Origin: a candidate division FCPU426 bacterium
Lineage (GTDB): Bacteria; Oederibacteriota; PGYV01; Palsa-1178
Direction of reading: 5' to 3'
DNA: 64,000 nucleotides
Assembly: GCA_963840035.1 (NCBI GenBank)
Contig: CAWIXE010000003.1
Location: forward strand, 32,001-96,000
Position numbers and translations under genes: made by a program. Under the pieces are notes generated by a model. That model worked only from the letters and a program-made list of their open reading frames with translations, was not told the origin of the DNA and ran no database searches. Positions 46,759-56,309 of the stretch are shown here, piece by piece (the stretch's first letter is position 1; every line of letters starts with the position of its first letter).

Positions 46759-49728
46759 ATGGGTAAAACGATTAAAACCACAGTTATTACAGTTGTATTT
46801 GCTTTTTTAGCCGTATTTGCGTATGCGCAGCCGCCGGAACTGCAGTATGAGTTCGCTCAGAGGCTCTTTAGCAACGATAATTACGGGCTGGCTGAGACCA
46901 TATTCAATTCGTTCTCGACGTCCTTTCCTGAAGCCAAGCTGGCCGGCAACGCGCGTTTTATGGCGGGGGAGACAGAGTACAATACGGGGCAGTATAAAAA
47001 GGCCCTCGACGCCTACATTTCCATAGTTGAAAAATATCCCTCCACCAAGACAAAATTCAAAAAAGAACTCTATTACAGGACAGCGGAGTGCTATTTCCAG
47101 CTTAAAGACTACCCCAACTCCATCAAATACATAGAACTTCTCCTGAAAGAATACCCGGGTTCATACCTTACCAAAGACGCCTATCTGCTCCTGGGGGAGA
47201 ACCGTTTTTTAAACGGCGATTATGACGCGGCCATAGACGCCTTAAACCGCATGGACTCATTCAATGACTACGCGCACTTTGATTATGTCTATTACTTAAA
47301 GGGCCGCGTGTATTACGAGAAATCCATGGACTGCGGCCCTAAGATGGATGAAAATCTGAAGGAATCCATAAGGTACTTTGACAGGGTCAAGACAGAATAC
47401 CCGCAGTCCAAAATAATCAGCCACTCCGAGTTCAGGAAGGCCAACGCGCTTTACGCTTTAAAGCAGTACGAACCGTCGATCAAAATAATCACCGGACTTA
47501 TAGGGAAAGAACAGGATCCCAAGCTTAAGGTCCTGATGAAATATTTCCTTGCCTGGAATTATTACATGACAAAGCAGTATAAAAAAGCCATATCCATATA
47601 TGACGATGTCATAGACAATTACGGCGAAGACCTGCTCAAGATATGGTCGGAGTATAAAAAGGGACTGTGCTACGAGGCTTTGAATGATAATGATAAGGCT
47701 CTGGCGCAGTATAAAAAGGTTATAACTGAGCACCCGGACACTGTGCCGGCGGCTTACGCGCAGTACGCTCTCGCGCAGAATCTTTATAATAAAAAGGATT
47801 ACTACGAGGCTTTAAGCGAGTTTGAAACGGTAGTGACAAAGTATAACGTGGAGGAACTAACCCGCGCCGCGTCATTCATGTCGGCCGACATCTATGTGAC
47901 GCTGAATAATTTTTCAAAGGCGAGGGAGATATATTCAATAATAGAAAAGGCAAATGACGCCGACCGTTTTACCGCAAGGTATATGGAGGCGTGGTGCATG
48001 TATAAGGAAGCCAACTACGACGGCTCCACCGCGATTTACGCAGGGCTCATAAGCGACCCGGCAGCGCCGCTGGAGCTGAAGAAAAAATCAGTTTTAAAAA
48101 CCGGCGATAATTTCTATGAACTTGGCAACAGCGCCGAGGCTGTAAAATACTATGACATGGCAGCCTTGGATTCCGAAGGGTTCCCTGACGTGCTCGCCGA
48201 GGCGTTATACGGCAAGGGGTGGGTGCTCTACGGACAGGGAAAACTGAACGAAGCCATGGAAGCATTTAACCGCGTAAAAAAGTCGGCAAAGTCCAGGGAA
48301 ATAAAACTGAAGGCTGATTTTATGAGGGCTAACGCCTTATACGGCAATTATAAGTTTGACGAAGCGCTCACGCTTTACACATCCATCATGGATGAAAAAT
48401 CCATACCCGAATCCATGCGCAGCGATTCCGTGTTTTACGCGGGATGGTGTTATTACAGGAAGGAAAATTTTGACAAAGCAGTCTCGCTGTGGGAGCGGTA
48501 TAAGACTATGGTAAGCGACCCGGTAAAAAAGGCGGAGGCGCAGTACAGGATAGGCTGGTCATATTTCAGGCAGAATATTTTTGACAGGGCCATTACGGAA
48601 TTTAAAGTGATTCTTGATAATTATAAGGCGACCCACCTGTACCAGGAAGCGCTGTTAAAGACAGGAGACAGTTACTATAATATGAAGGATTATAACAAGG
48701 CCATTGAGTTCTATAAGGAGCTCGTTGACAAGTTCCCGCAGCACTACAGGATAGGCGAGGCGCTATACGGCATACAGTGGTCATATTACCAGTTAAACGA
48801 GCCGGAAAAGGCCATAGAACTTTCAAAAGAGTTCGTTGACAAGTACCCGGACTCGTCCTTCTCGCCGGAAATACAGTACAGGGTGGCGGAGCATTATTAT
48901 AATACGGGCAATTACGCTACGGCCGTAAAAGAGTTCTCCAAATTCATAGACAAGAACCCGAAAAACGACCTCGCTGACAACGCCTATTACTGGCTTGGCA
49001 TTTCCCACCTGACACTTAAAAATTACGGGGACGGGGTTACGGCATTAAGGAACCTGGTGGTAAAATTCCCGGCGACCCAGTTCGCTGAAAAAGCGATATT
49101 TAAGACCGCGGGCGCGTATTACCAGCTCCATGACTACACGAACGCCGCGGCCACCTATACGGAATTCATAGAAAAATACAAGGATTCAAAATACATGGCT
49201 GACGCGTATTTCAACCTTGCCATGTCGTACAAAAGGAACGGCGACCTGGAAAACACAAAGAAGTGGTATGGAAAACTCATAGCGGAGTTTAAAGATTCGG
49301 AACTCTATGAAAAGGCGCACATGAACCTGGCTTACCTTCTCCAGGATAATAAGGAATATGACGCGGCCATTGATATGTTCAAAAAAGTTGTGGACGGAAA
49401 AATGACAAAAGCGGCTGAGGCGCAGTTCTGGATAGCCGACTGCCTGTCGTCAAAGAAGGAATATGACGCGGCAGCGGAAGAATACATGAAGGTGTATGAC
49501 AACTATAAATCGGAAGAGCTATGGGTGATATCGGCCCTTGACGCGGCGGGAAAAATATATGAGAAAAAAGGCGACTTAAAAAGCGCGATTAAGGCGTATA
49601 AAAAATTAATGGGATCCACGAAACAGGCAAAGTACACCGAGACGGCCGCGAAGAAAATATCCCTGCTTGAGGAGCAGTACAAGCTTTTAAACCCGGCCGA
49701 AGGCCCGGTAAAAGGGAAGGCAAAATGA
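46759..49728 (+). CDS. Exported ~1000-aa TPR protein (CpoB/BamD-like repeats)
   Basis: Signal peptide AYA-Q; continuous TPRs with YP.S...A.Y pattern. Confidence 0.88.
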   Translation: MGKTIKTTVITVVFAFLAVFAYAQPPELQYEFAQRLFSNDNYGLAETIFNSFSTSFPEAKLAGNARFMAGETEYNTGQYKKALDAYISIVEKYPSTKTKFKKELYYRTAECYFQLKDYPNSIKYIELLLKEYPGSYLTKDAYLLLGENRFLNGDYDAAIDALNRMDSFNDYAHFDYVYYLKGRVYYEKSMDCGPKMDENLKESIRYFDRVKTEYPQSKIISHSEFRKANALYALKQYEPSIKIITGLIGKEQDPKLKVLMKYFLAWNYYMTKQYKKAISIYDDVIDNYGEDLLKIWSEYKKGLCYEALNDNDKALAQYKKVITEHPDTVPAAYAQYALAQNLYNKKDYYEALSEFETVVTKYNVEELTRAASFMSADIYVTLNNFSKAREIYSIIEKANDADRFTARYMEAWCMYKEANYDGSTAIYAGLISDPAAPLELKKKSVLKTGDNFYELGNSAEAVKYYDMAALDSEGFPDVLAEALYGKGWVLYGQGKLNEAMEAFNRVKKSAKSREIKLKADFMRANALYGNYKFDEALTLYTSIMDEKSIPESMRSDSVFYAGWCYYRKENFDKAVSLWERYKTMVSDPVKKAEAQYRIGWSYFRQNIFDRAITEFKVILDNYKATHLYQEALLKTGDSYYNMKDYNKAIEFYKELVDKFPQHYRIGEALYGIQWSYYQLNEPEKAIELSKEFVDKYPDSSFSPEIQYRVAEHYYNTGNYATAVKEFSKFIDKNPKNDLADNAYYWLGISHLTLKNYGDGVTALRNLVVKFPATQFAEKAIFKTAGAYYQLHDYTNAAATYTEFIEKYKDSKYMADAYFNLAMSYKRNGDLENTKKWYGKLIAEFKDSELYEKAHMNLAYLLQDNKEYDAAIDMFKKVVDGKMTKAAEAQFWIADCLSSKKEYDAAAEEYMKVYDNYKSEELWVISALDAAGKIYEKKGDLKSAIKAYKKLMGSTKQAKYTETAAKKISLLEEQYKLLNPAEGPVKGKAK

Positions 49729-51425
49729 AAAAAATAATAATACTCCTGATGGCGGCTTTATTCGCGGCGCCGGCTTATTGCGCGGACTCGGAAGCTGACG
49801 CCATAAAGGACATACAGGAAAAACCCGTATATGAAAAAGGCTCCTACGCGGCCAGCGAGGACACCACCACGCTTAACGCGAAAAAAGGCGAGGGTTTTGA
49901 TTTCAAGGTGCCCGAGATTATCATCACGGGCCAGGTGGACACCAAAATAATGCTCAAAAGGGAAATAACAAGCCTGGAGAATTTACAGAGCGTTAAGAAC
50001 ATATTATATGAGAATGAGAAAATATATATGCCCGATTATTACTTAAAGGAAGAGGCTTTAACGCCAAAGGCCCTTGAGATGGCGGCAAACAGGGACTTTG
50101 TGGGGCAGCTTAAGCTGCTGGCCGGAAGTTACTCAAACATTTTCGCGGACGGCATCATAGGGAAGGCTTTTGACAAAGACAACAAGGTTGTGGTCAGGGT
50201 AATGCATAATAACTTTGACAATGAAAGGGTCAACGGCGTGGACACTTACAAGAATATTAACAACGCCGACCTTTATTATTCCACAAAGTATGATTTTGTG
50301 GACGCTGTTTACAGGCTCGGCGGGGATTTAAGCGTGTATTCGTCGCCTTTCCCGGCTGACCCGGCTTATGCCAGGAGCCAGAGCGTAAATGAGGCGCTTG
50401 CTTCGGCAGGCTACTCGTTTGGCCTGGAAAAATACCTTATTAACGCGGCAGTTTCATACCAGTACCTCGGAATATTAAAGGACGGCGGAGGCTATGTTTT
50501 TAAGGAAAACAGGACTTCGCTTAAGGCGTCAGTGGAGCGCGATTTTGACATAGACGGCGGCTCCAAGGTCAAGCTGGTTTCCATGCTTGACGGCTGGCAC
50601 GCCAACCAGTCCTACGGGAATGAACTCCGGGACAACTGCATGAACCTTAATATTTTCGCGAAGGGGATTCTTTACCTTGAGCCATGGGTAGTTCAGATCG
50701 GGCTTTCTTTAAGGGATTTCAAACTGGCGGATAATTACTTCGCGCTTAACCCGTACATAAAAGCCAATTATGACATACTTCCGGACCTATCAGCATACGC
50801 TGAGTTTACACCTGAAATGGCAATCCCCGATTACGCGGCCATGCTGCCGGGCCACTTCATAAAGCCGGCATCGGGGATTAAGCCGACGACCGAGAACATA
50901 GACCTTAAAGCGGGTGTTAACTTTAATTTCTTTGAAGTGTTTTTTAACGCGTATTACGGATATAAATCGCTTAAAGACAATATTTACCTGGACGAAATAC
51001 CGGGCACGGGCATTTTTGAGCCGCTTAATAACAGCCTGGATTACAGTTTTGCCGGAATTGAGCTCGAGACATTGAAATTAAAAGGGCTTACCATAAGCGC
51101 CGGTTATGAATACAGGAACATAGTAAGCGCGGATACGCAGGCTGTGACATACCTGCCCAACAATGAGTTTAATTTAAAACTTTCAGCCGATATCTTTGAA
51201 TGGACATTCAAAACTTCGGCGGCCCTGCGCAGCGGCACATACGGGACATCGTCAAAAAGGCTGCCCGCCTGCGCAGTCATAGACCTCTCATTATCCAGGA
51301 AAATAAACGATTTCCTCACTGTTGAGGGGTATATAAATAACGTGTTGAATAATAGCTATTATCTGTTATATTATTATAAAGAAAAATTATTGAATCTCGG
51401 AATCGGAGCAACCTTAAACTTTTAA
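49725..51425 (+). CDS. Outer-membrane beta-barrel, TonB-dependent-receptor-like
   Basis: Signal peptide; PEIIITG (TonB-box-like); DLSLSRKI...INNVLN.SY and terminal LNF as in TBDR C-termini. Confidence 0.7.
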   Translation: MKKIIILLMAALFAAPAYCADSEADAIKDIQEKPVYEKGSYAASEDTTTLNAKKGEGFDFKVPEIIITGQVDTKIMLKREITSLENLQSVKNILYENEKIYMPDYYLKEEALTPKALEMAANRDFVGQLKLLAGSYSNIFADGIIGKAFDKDNKVVVRVMHNNFDNERVNGVDTYKNINNADLYYSTKYDFVDAVYRLGGDLSVYSSPFPADPAYARSQSVNEALASAGYSFGLEKYLINAAVSYQYLGILKDGGGYVFKENRTSLKASVERDFDIDGGSKVKLVSMLDGWHANQSYGNELRDNCMNLNIFAKGILYLEPWVVQIGLSLRDFKLADNYFALNPYIKANYDILPDLSAYAEFTPEMAIPDYAAMLPGHFIKPASGIKPTTENIDLKAGVNFNFFEVFFNAYYGYKSLKDNIYLDEIPGTGIFEPLNNSLDYSFAGIELETLKLKGLTISAGYEYRNIVSADTQAVTYLPNNEFNLKLSADIFEWTFKTSAALRSGTYGTSSKRLPACAVIDLSLSRKINDFLTVEGYINNVLNNSYYLLYYYKEKLLNLGIGATLNF

Positions 51426-51442
51426 CCCTTTAGGAGGATACC

Positions 51443-52060
51443 ATGTTTGGAGAATTGTCATTCTGGCAGATGCTTATGAAAGGCGGCGTGACCGTCATAG
51501 TATTAATCGCCGTTTCTGTTTTGTCGTGGTGGATCATTATTGACAGGATAATCAGGCTAGGAAAGGCGAGGGTAAAACCGGCCGAGTTCATGGAAAAGGT
51601 AAGGCGTATGGTCGAATCAGAGGACGATGACGCAGTCATCACCCTGTGCCAGTCCACATCCGGCGTCATACCTGCTGTCATACTTGAAGGGATGAAAAAC
51701 AAGAAAAAGGACACCGATAAGATAGAAGCTGCCATGCAAAGGACCTTAAACGCGGAAAGCGAACGCCTGCAGTCGCTGTTAGGCTGGCTCGGCACCATCG
51801 GCAACGTCACACCGTTCGTCGGATTATTCGGAACCGTCCTGGGCATTATCAGGGCGTTCCATGACCTGTCGCTCTCATCAGGCGGAGGCCCGGCAGTTGT
51901 GGCTTCCGGCATAGCAGAAGCGCTTGTGGCAACGGCCACGGGCATATTTGTGGCCATACCCGCGGTAATATTTTACAATTATTTCGTGCGCATGATAGAC
52001 ACGGTGGAAACAGAGGCCATTAACGCGGCTTCGGAATTCATAGAGATCATAGAGGGCTGA
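51443..52060 (+). CDS. exbB: MotA/TolQ/ExbB proton channel
   Basis: LGTIGNVTPFVGLFGTVLGII, GIAEALVATATG.FVAIPA. Confidence 0.9.
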   Translation: MFGELSFWQMLMKGGVTVIVLIAVSVLSWWIIIDRIIRLGKARVKPAEFMEKVRRMVESEDDDAVITLCQSTSGVIPAVILEGMKNKKKDTDKIEAAMQRTLNAESERLQSLLGWLGTIGNVTPFVGLFGTVLGIIRAFHDLSLSSGGGPAVVASGIAEALVATATGIFVAIPAVIFYNYFVRMIDTVETEAINAASEFIEIIEG

Positions 52061-52061
52061 T

Positions 52062-52496
52062 ATGCTTAAAAAAAGGGAACGCGAAAAGTTAATATCCGAC
52101 ATAAACATAACACCGCTGACTGACGTCATGCTTGTGCTGCTTATCATATTCATGGTCACCACGCCCTTTATCATCCAGGGTAATATCAAAATCAACCTGC
52201 CGTCGGCCAAGGCGCCATCCGACGAGATGCTCGAGCAGAACATTGTAGTCGGCGTATCCCAGGACGGAAAAGCATATTTAAACGGCAAGGAAATGGCCGA
52301 TGATACGCAGCTTTCAACGGAACTTAAGGATATCATTACAAAGACCGGCAATAAAAGGGTCATCATAGAAGGCGACAAGCTTACAATGCACGGCAATATC
52401 GTAAAAATAATGGGGATAGCAAGGGATTCAGGCGCTGACAAGCTGGCCATATCCACCATACCGGATACAACCGGAGTAAAAGAGGAAAAAAAATAA
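52062..52496 (+). CDS. exbD: ExbD/TolR
   Basis: INITPLTDVMLVLLIIFMVT. Confidence 0.9.
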   Translation: MLKKREREKLISDINITPLTDVMLVLLIIFMVTTPFIIQGNIKINLPSAKAPSDEMLEQNIVVGVSQDGKAYLNGKEMADDTQLSTELKDIITKTGNKRVIIEGDKLTMHGNIVKIMGIARDSGADKLAISTIPDTTGVKEEKK

Positions 52497-52497
52497 A

Positions 52498-53217
52498 ATG
52501 ATGCCGGATAGGACGGATTTTACATCGTTCGCGATCTCGGTCGTGATGCACCTGCTGGTCCTGCTTTTATTATCAAGGCTTATCACACAGCAGGAGCCGC
52601 GCAGGGTGGCGTTAATCACAGATGTCACTTTAGTTGACGTGAAGGACCTTTCAGGCCGGGTCGGCACGGAAGAAAAGACCGTCGGCATGGAACAAAAACA
52701 GGAAAAGATTGCCACCACCATAAAGAAAAAGGTGGTAAAAAAGACTCCGGTTAAAAAGAGCGAAGTCACTGATGTCAAAAGCCTTCTTAAAAAAATAGAG
52801 GCTGAAAAGGCCAAGCTTGACATGGGGATAACAAGGGAAAATTTAAGGGATACAACGGACACGGAAGCTTCCAATAACGCCGTGAGCGATGATGAAGGCA
52901 CCGAGAGCACCGAGGAAAACGTGGTGGCGGGAAGCGCGCCGGCCATATCAGGCGATATAGCAGCCAGAAAATACAAAAGCCTTGACTGGAAATTTCCGGA
53001 AAAGCTTCCGGAAGAAACAGAGCTTATGATAGAGATAACGGTTTTGCCAAGCGGCATCATAAAGAACGTGAAACTTGTAAGGACTTCGGGTTACCCCGAG
53101 CTTGACAGGCTGGCTTTTTCACAGGCCAGAAAGATGCAGTTCGACCCTTTACCTCCCGGAGCAAAGGAAGAAGAGCAGCTCGGAGTATTGCTATTCAAGT
53201 TTGGAGTTGAAAAATGA
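52498..53217 (+). CDS. TonB/TolA-family energy transducer
   Basis: SVVMH TM anchor, charged linker, C-terminal TSGYPELDRLA. Confidence 0.82.
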   Translation: MMPDRTDFTSFAISVVMHLLVLLLLSRLITQQEPRRVALITDVTLVDVKDLSGRVGTEEKTVGMEQKQEKIATTIKKKVVKKTPVKKSEVTDVKSLLKKIEAEKAKLDMGITRENLRDTTDTEASNNAVSDDEGTESTEENVVAGSAPAISGDIAARKYKSLDWKFPEKLPEETELMIEITVLPSGIIKNVKLVRTSGYPELDRLAFSQARKMQFDPLPPGAKEEEQLGVLLFKFGVEK

Positions 53218-53750
53218 AGGCAAAAAAAGTTAAAAAGATAAAAAAGGCCGCAAAAGCAAAAGCAACCGGGCCGGTAAAAAAGAAAACAGCGTCAAAGCCG
53301 AAGGCGAAATCCGCGGTCAGGCCGAAAACAAAGGCAAAACCCTCAAAGAAAAAGGCGGCGGCTGTAAAGCCGGAAATAAAAATTGAAAAGAAAGAAAAAA
53401 TTGACCTTCCGGAGGCTGTGGTAAAAGCAATACAGTCGCTTGACGCAAGGAAAGCGGTCGACATAAAGGTTTATAATGTTTCCGGGTTAACGGCCCTGTG
53501 GGATTATTTCATCATATGCGGCGCCACATCTTCCGTGCACGGCGGGGCGCTGCGTGACAGCCTGAAAAAAGACATGGCGGCATTGGGTATGCCCATATCA
53601 CGCGAGGACAGGGGCCGGGAATCAAGCTGGCACATCGTTGATTTTGGCGACATGCTGGTGCATATTTTCGAGGCACAGTCGCGCGCTTATTATTCACTTG
53701 AAGAAGTCTGGGGCGGCAGGGAAGTCAACATTAAAAATATCCTGATCTGA
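53214..53750 (+). CDS. rsfS: Ribosome silencing factor RsfS with Lys/Ala-rich N-terminal extension
   Basis: KAVDI, DYFIICGATS, WHIVDFGDMLVHIF, RAYYSLEEVW. Confidence 0.9.
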   Translation: MKAKKVKKIKKAAKAKATGPVKKKTASKPKAKSAVRPKTKAKPSKKKAAAVKPEIKIEKKEKIDLPEAVVKAIQSLDARKAVDIKVYNVSGLTALWDYFIICGATSSVHGGALRDSLKKDMAALGMPISREDRGRESSWHIVDFGDMLVHIFEAQSRAYYSLEEVWGGREVNIKNILI

Positions 53751-53762
53751 AAAACGGGAGAT

Positions 53763-54014
53763 ATGATGAAAAAAATATCCTTAAAGCTTGAAATCGACGC
53801 GTACACGGAAAAAGCGGTCCGCAAATACTGCAGGGACGCCGGCATAACCATGGAAAAGTTCATGGAAGAGGCTGTTTTTGAAAAACTGGAAGCCGGCGAC
53901 CTTGGCGGCGAGTTTGTCGGCGTGGATGAGATAGACGACTCCAGGTTTGACGCGGGAACCCCGGAAAACACACTTTTTGAATCCGAAGAGGATTTATACA
54001 AGAAGAAGCACTGA
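53763..54014 (+). CDS. Small hypothetical protein (possible ribbon-helix-helix)
   Basis: ISLKLEID strand followed by two helices; GGGAG RBS. Confidence 0.6.
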   Translation: MMKKISLKLEIDAYTEKAVRKYCRDAGITMEKFMEEAVFEKLEAGDLGGEFVGVDEIDDSRFDAGTPENTLFESEEDLYKKKH

Positions 54015-54015
54015 C

Positions 54016-54642
54016 ATGAAAGTTTTTGACAGTTTGAAAAGTTTTGACATGGAATACGCCGGCAGCGGCGCGCTCGCGGGAGTGGATGAAGCGGGCCGCG
54101 GGCCATGGGCCGGGCCGGTGGTCGCGGCCGCGGTTATATTAAACCCGGCAATGACAGAAACCCTTTCTGAAATAAACGACTCAAAAAAAATCAACGAGAA
54201 GAAAAGGGAAGAACTTTTTGATGTTGTTATAAACGCCTCGCTTGCTTATTCCATAGCTGAGGTATCAAGCTTAATGATAGATAAAACGGATATTTTAAAG
54301 GCGACCATGGAAGCGATGAAAAACGCGGTAAAGGGGTTAAAGACGCAGCCTTCCCTGGTGCTTGTTGACGGCATATCAAAGCCGGACACCGGGGGAATAA
54401 AACTGGAGACAGTTGTGGACGGGGACGCGAAGTCGCTCTCGATTGCGGCAGCTTCGATACTTGCAAAAGTTTACAGGGACAGGATAATGAGAAACTTTGA
54501 CAGGCAGTACCCGGCATACGGGTTCGCTAAACATAAGGGATACGGCACGGCCGCGCACATAAAGGCATTAAAGGAAAACGGTGTCTGCCCGATACACAGG
54601 ATGACTTATAAACCCGTTAAAGAGATAAGTAATAAGCGATAA
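54016..54642 (+). CDS. rnhB: Ribonuclease HII
   Basis: GVDEAGRGP, DSKK, LVDG, GDAKS.SIAAASILAKV.RD, HKGYGT. Confidence 0.96.
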   Translation: MKVFDSLKSFDMEYAGSGALAGVDEAGRGPWAGPVVAAAVILNPAMTETLSEINDSKKINEKKREELFDVVINASLAYSIAEVSSLMIDKTDILKATMEAMKNAVKGLKTQPSLVLVDGISKPDTGGIKLETVVDGDAKSLSIAAASILAKVYRDRIMRNFDRQYPAYGFAKHKGYGTAAHIKALKENGVCPIHRMTYKPVKEISNKR

Positions 54643-54680
54643 GTTGCGGAAGTAAAAGTTGTGTTGATAGATTTAATGAT

Positions 54681-54792
54681 GTCATTGCGAGGAGGCGTTT
54701 TTGTATTTTGCCGACGAAGCAATCTTGCTGCTTTTAAAGGAGAAACGAGATTGCTTCGTCGCCATAAAGCAAGTACGGCTCCTCGCAATGAC
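54681..54792 (+). repeat. GTCATTGCGAG palindromic element, copy 3
   Basis: Same IRs and inner stem as copy 1. Confidence 0.88.
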
Positions 54793-54810
54793 AAACTGTA
54801 AGGGGGATTT

Positions 54811-55191
54811 ATGCAGGGGGGGTTTAAAAACCGCAGGCAGAAAGGCATTGAATTCGAGGAAGAGGCGGTGGAGTATTTAAAGGGCCTCGGGTATGAAATT
54901 ATAGAAAAGAACTATAATGCGCGTTTTGGCGAGATCGACATTGTAGCGGGCGTACCTGATGAAAAAACCCTGGTGTTTGTTGAAGTTAAGGCAAAAGACA
55001 TAAGCACGGGCATTCATCCGTTTGAAGCGGTGGACGCCAGGAAACAAAAAAACCTTATCATGGCAGCCAGGGAATATATGGCTTCGCATAATATAGAAAA
55101 TACATATATAAGGTTTGATGTAATAGGCATAATTTCCAGCGGCAAAGAAGTGCGTAAGCTTGAGCTGTTAAAGGATGCTTTTCAGGCGTGA
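54811..55191 (+). CDS. yraN: YraN (UPF0102) family nuclease-like protein
   Basis: GEIDIVA, LVFVEVK, RFDVI; follows rnhB. Confidence 0.92.
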   Translation: MQGGFKNRRQKGIEFEEEAVEYLKGLGYEIIEKNYNARFGEIDIVAGVPDEKTLVFVEVKAKDISTGIHPFEAVDARKQKNLIMAAREYMASHNIENTYIRFDVIGIISSGKEVRKLELLKDAFQA

Positions 55192-55233
55192 AGATCCAAT
55201 AATTGGATGCTGTGAAACAGTTGTTTTTTGTTT

Positions 55234-55347
55234 GTCATTGCGAGGAGGCGTTTTGGAATTATGCCGACGAAGCAATCTTGATGTTTCTTTAAGGCAAATA
55301 CGAGATTGCTTCGTCGCCGTAAAACAAGAACGGCTCCTCGCAATGAC
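55234..55347 (+). repeat. GTCATTGCGAG palindromic element, copy 4
   Basis: Same IRs and inner stem as copy 1. Confidence 0.88.
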
Positions 55348-55464
55348 AGCAAAATAGAATACAGCAATAAAATACGGGTTTTCCGGCGTTGTCATTTAAT
55401 TTGTTTTTAACTTAATCACCATACAAAATATGCTATAATATAGAAAAGAAAACTTGGAGATGAC

Positions 55465-56295
55465 ATGGCGGACATACAGATAGCGGTAGCGGCGGCTAAT
55501 TTTGCGCACACATATCCTTCACAGATGTGTAATTTCATACAGTCCAACTTAAGGCCGGGGCAGACGCTTATACAGTGCTCCACCGCGGGTATGGCGGATA
55601 CGGAAAAAGACCGTCTGGAAAAGATACTTGAAAAATCACAGCCTTCTGCTTTGATAGGTATTTGCATTAAGCCGGACCCTAGGACTATCGCGGCATATAA
55701 CGCGGCTAAAGTGCCTGTAATACTCATTGACGAGGAAATAGCCGGCACCTCCACGGTTACCACCGATAACTTCATGGGCGGGTTTATGGCCGGGGATTAC
55801 CTGGCGAAAAAAGGCAGGAAGCATATAGCCGTAGTATGCGGAAGGATGCGCATTGAAGGCGGGTATAACGCCATACAGCGTGTCAGCGGATGCGTCAAGG
55901 CGCTCGCGGAAAACGGGCTGACCCTTCCCGAGGGAGGCATTGTGGAAGTGGTGAGCTATTCATATAATGACGGCGTCGAGGCCATGGCTAAGCTGCTCGA
56001 CGAGAAGCGGGGCATTGACGCCATATTCTGCGCGGCCGGGGACATGTGCGCTGTGGGTCTTTTAAAGACAGCCAGGGAGCGCGGCATCAGAATACCTGAG
56101 GACATAGCCATAATAGGTTACGACGACATAGATGTGGCCAGGACATCAAAACCGCCGCTGACCACCATAAAACAGCCCGAGGAACAAATCGCGGGCACGG
56201 CATACCGCATGGCCACGGAAGAAAAGATAGAGATACTCATGAAACCTAAAAAAATCGTATTTAACCCCGAACTAATCATCCGTCTTTCGGCGTAA
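55465..56295 (+). CDS. LacI-type effector-binding domain lacking the HTH
   Basis: TDNFMGG, LAKKGRKHIA, DAIFCAAGD, IPEDIAIIGYDD, PPLTTIKQP; no HTH or signal peptide; GGAG RBS. Confidence 0.85.
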   Translation: MADIQIAVAAANFAHTYPSQMCNFIQSNLRPGQTLIQCSTAGMADTEKDRLEKILEKSQPSALIGICIKPDPRTIAAYNAAKVPVILIDEEIAGTSTVTTDNFMGGFMAGDYLAKKGRKHIAVVCGRMRIEGGYNAIQRVSGCVKALAENGLTLPEGGIVEVVSYSYNDGVEAMAKLLDEKRGIDAIFCAAGDMCAVGLLKTARERGIRIPEDIAIIGYDDIDVARTSKPPLTTIKQPEEQIAGTAYRMATEEKIEILMKPKKIVFNPELIIRLSA

Positions 56296-56309
56296 AAGGG
56301 ACAGGTGCC

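Noticed and set aside
54606..55395. Small ORFs around yraN (and 14540-14773)
   Set aside because: Translations of the GTCATTGCGAG palindromic element (SLRG..., RRSNL, PRND), not independent genes
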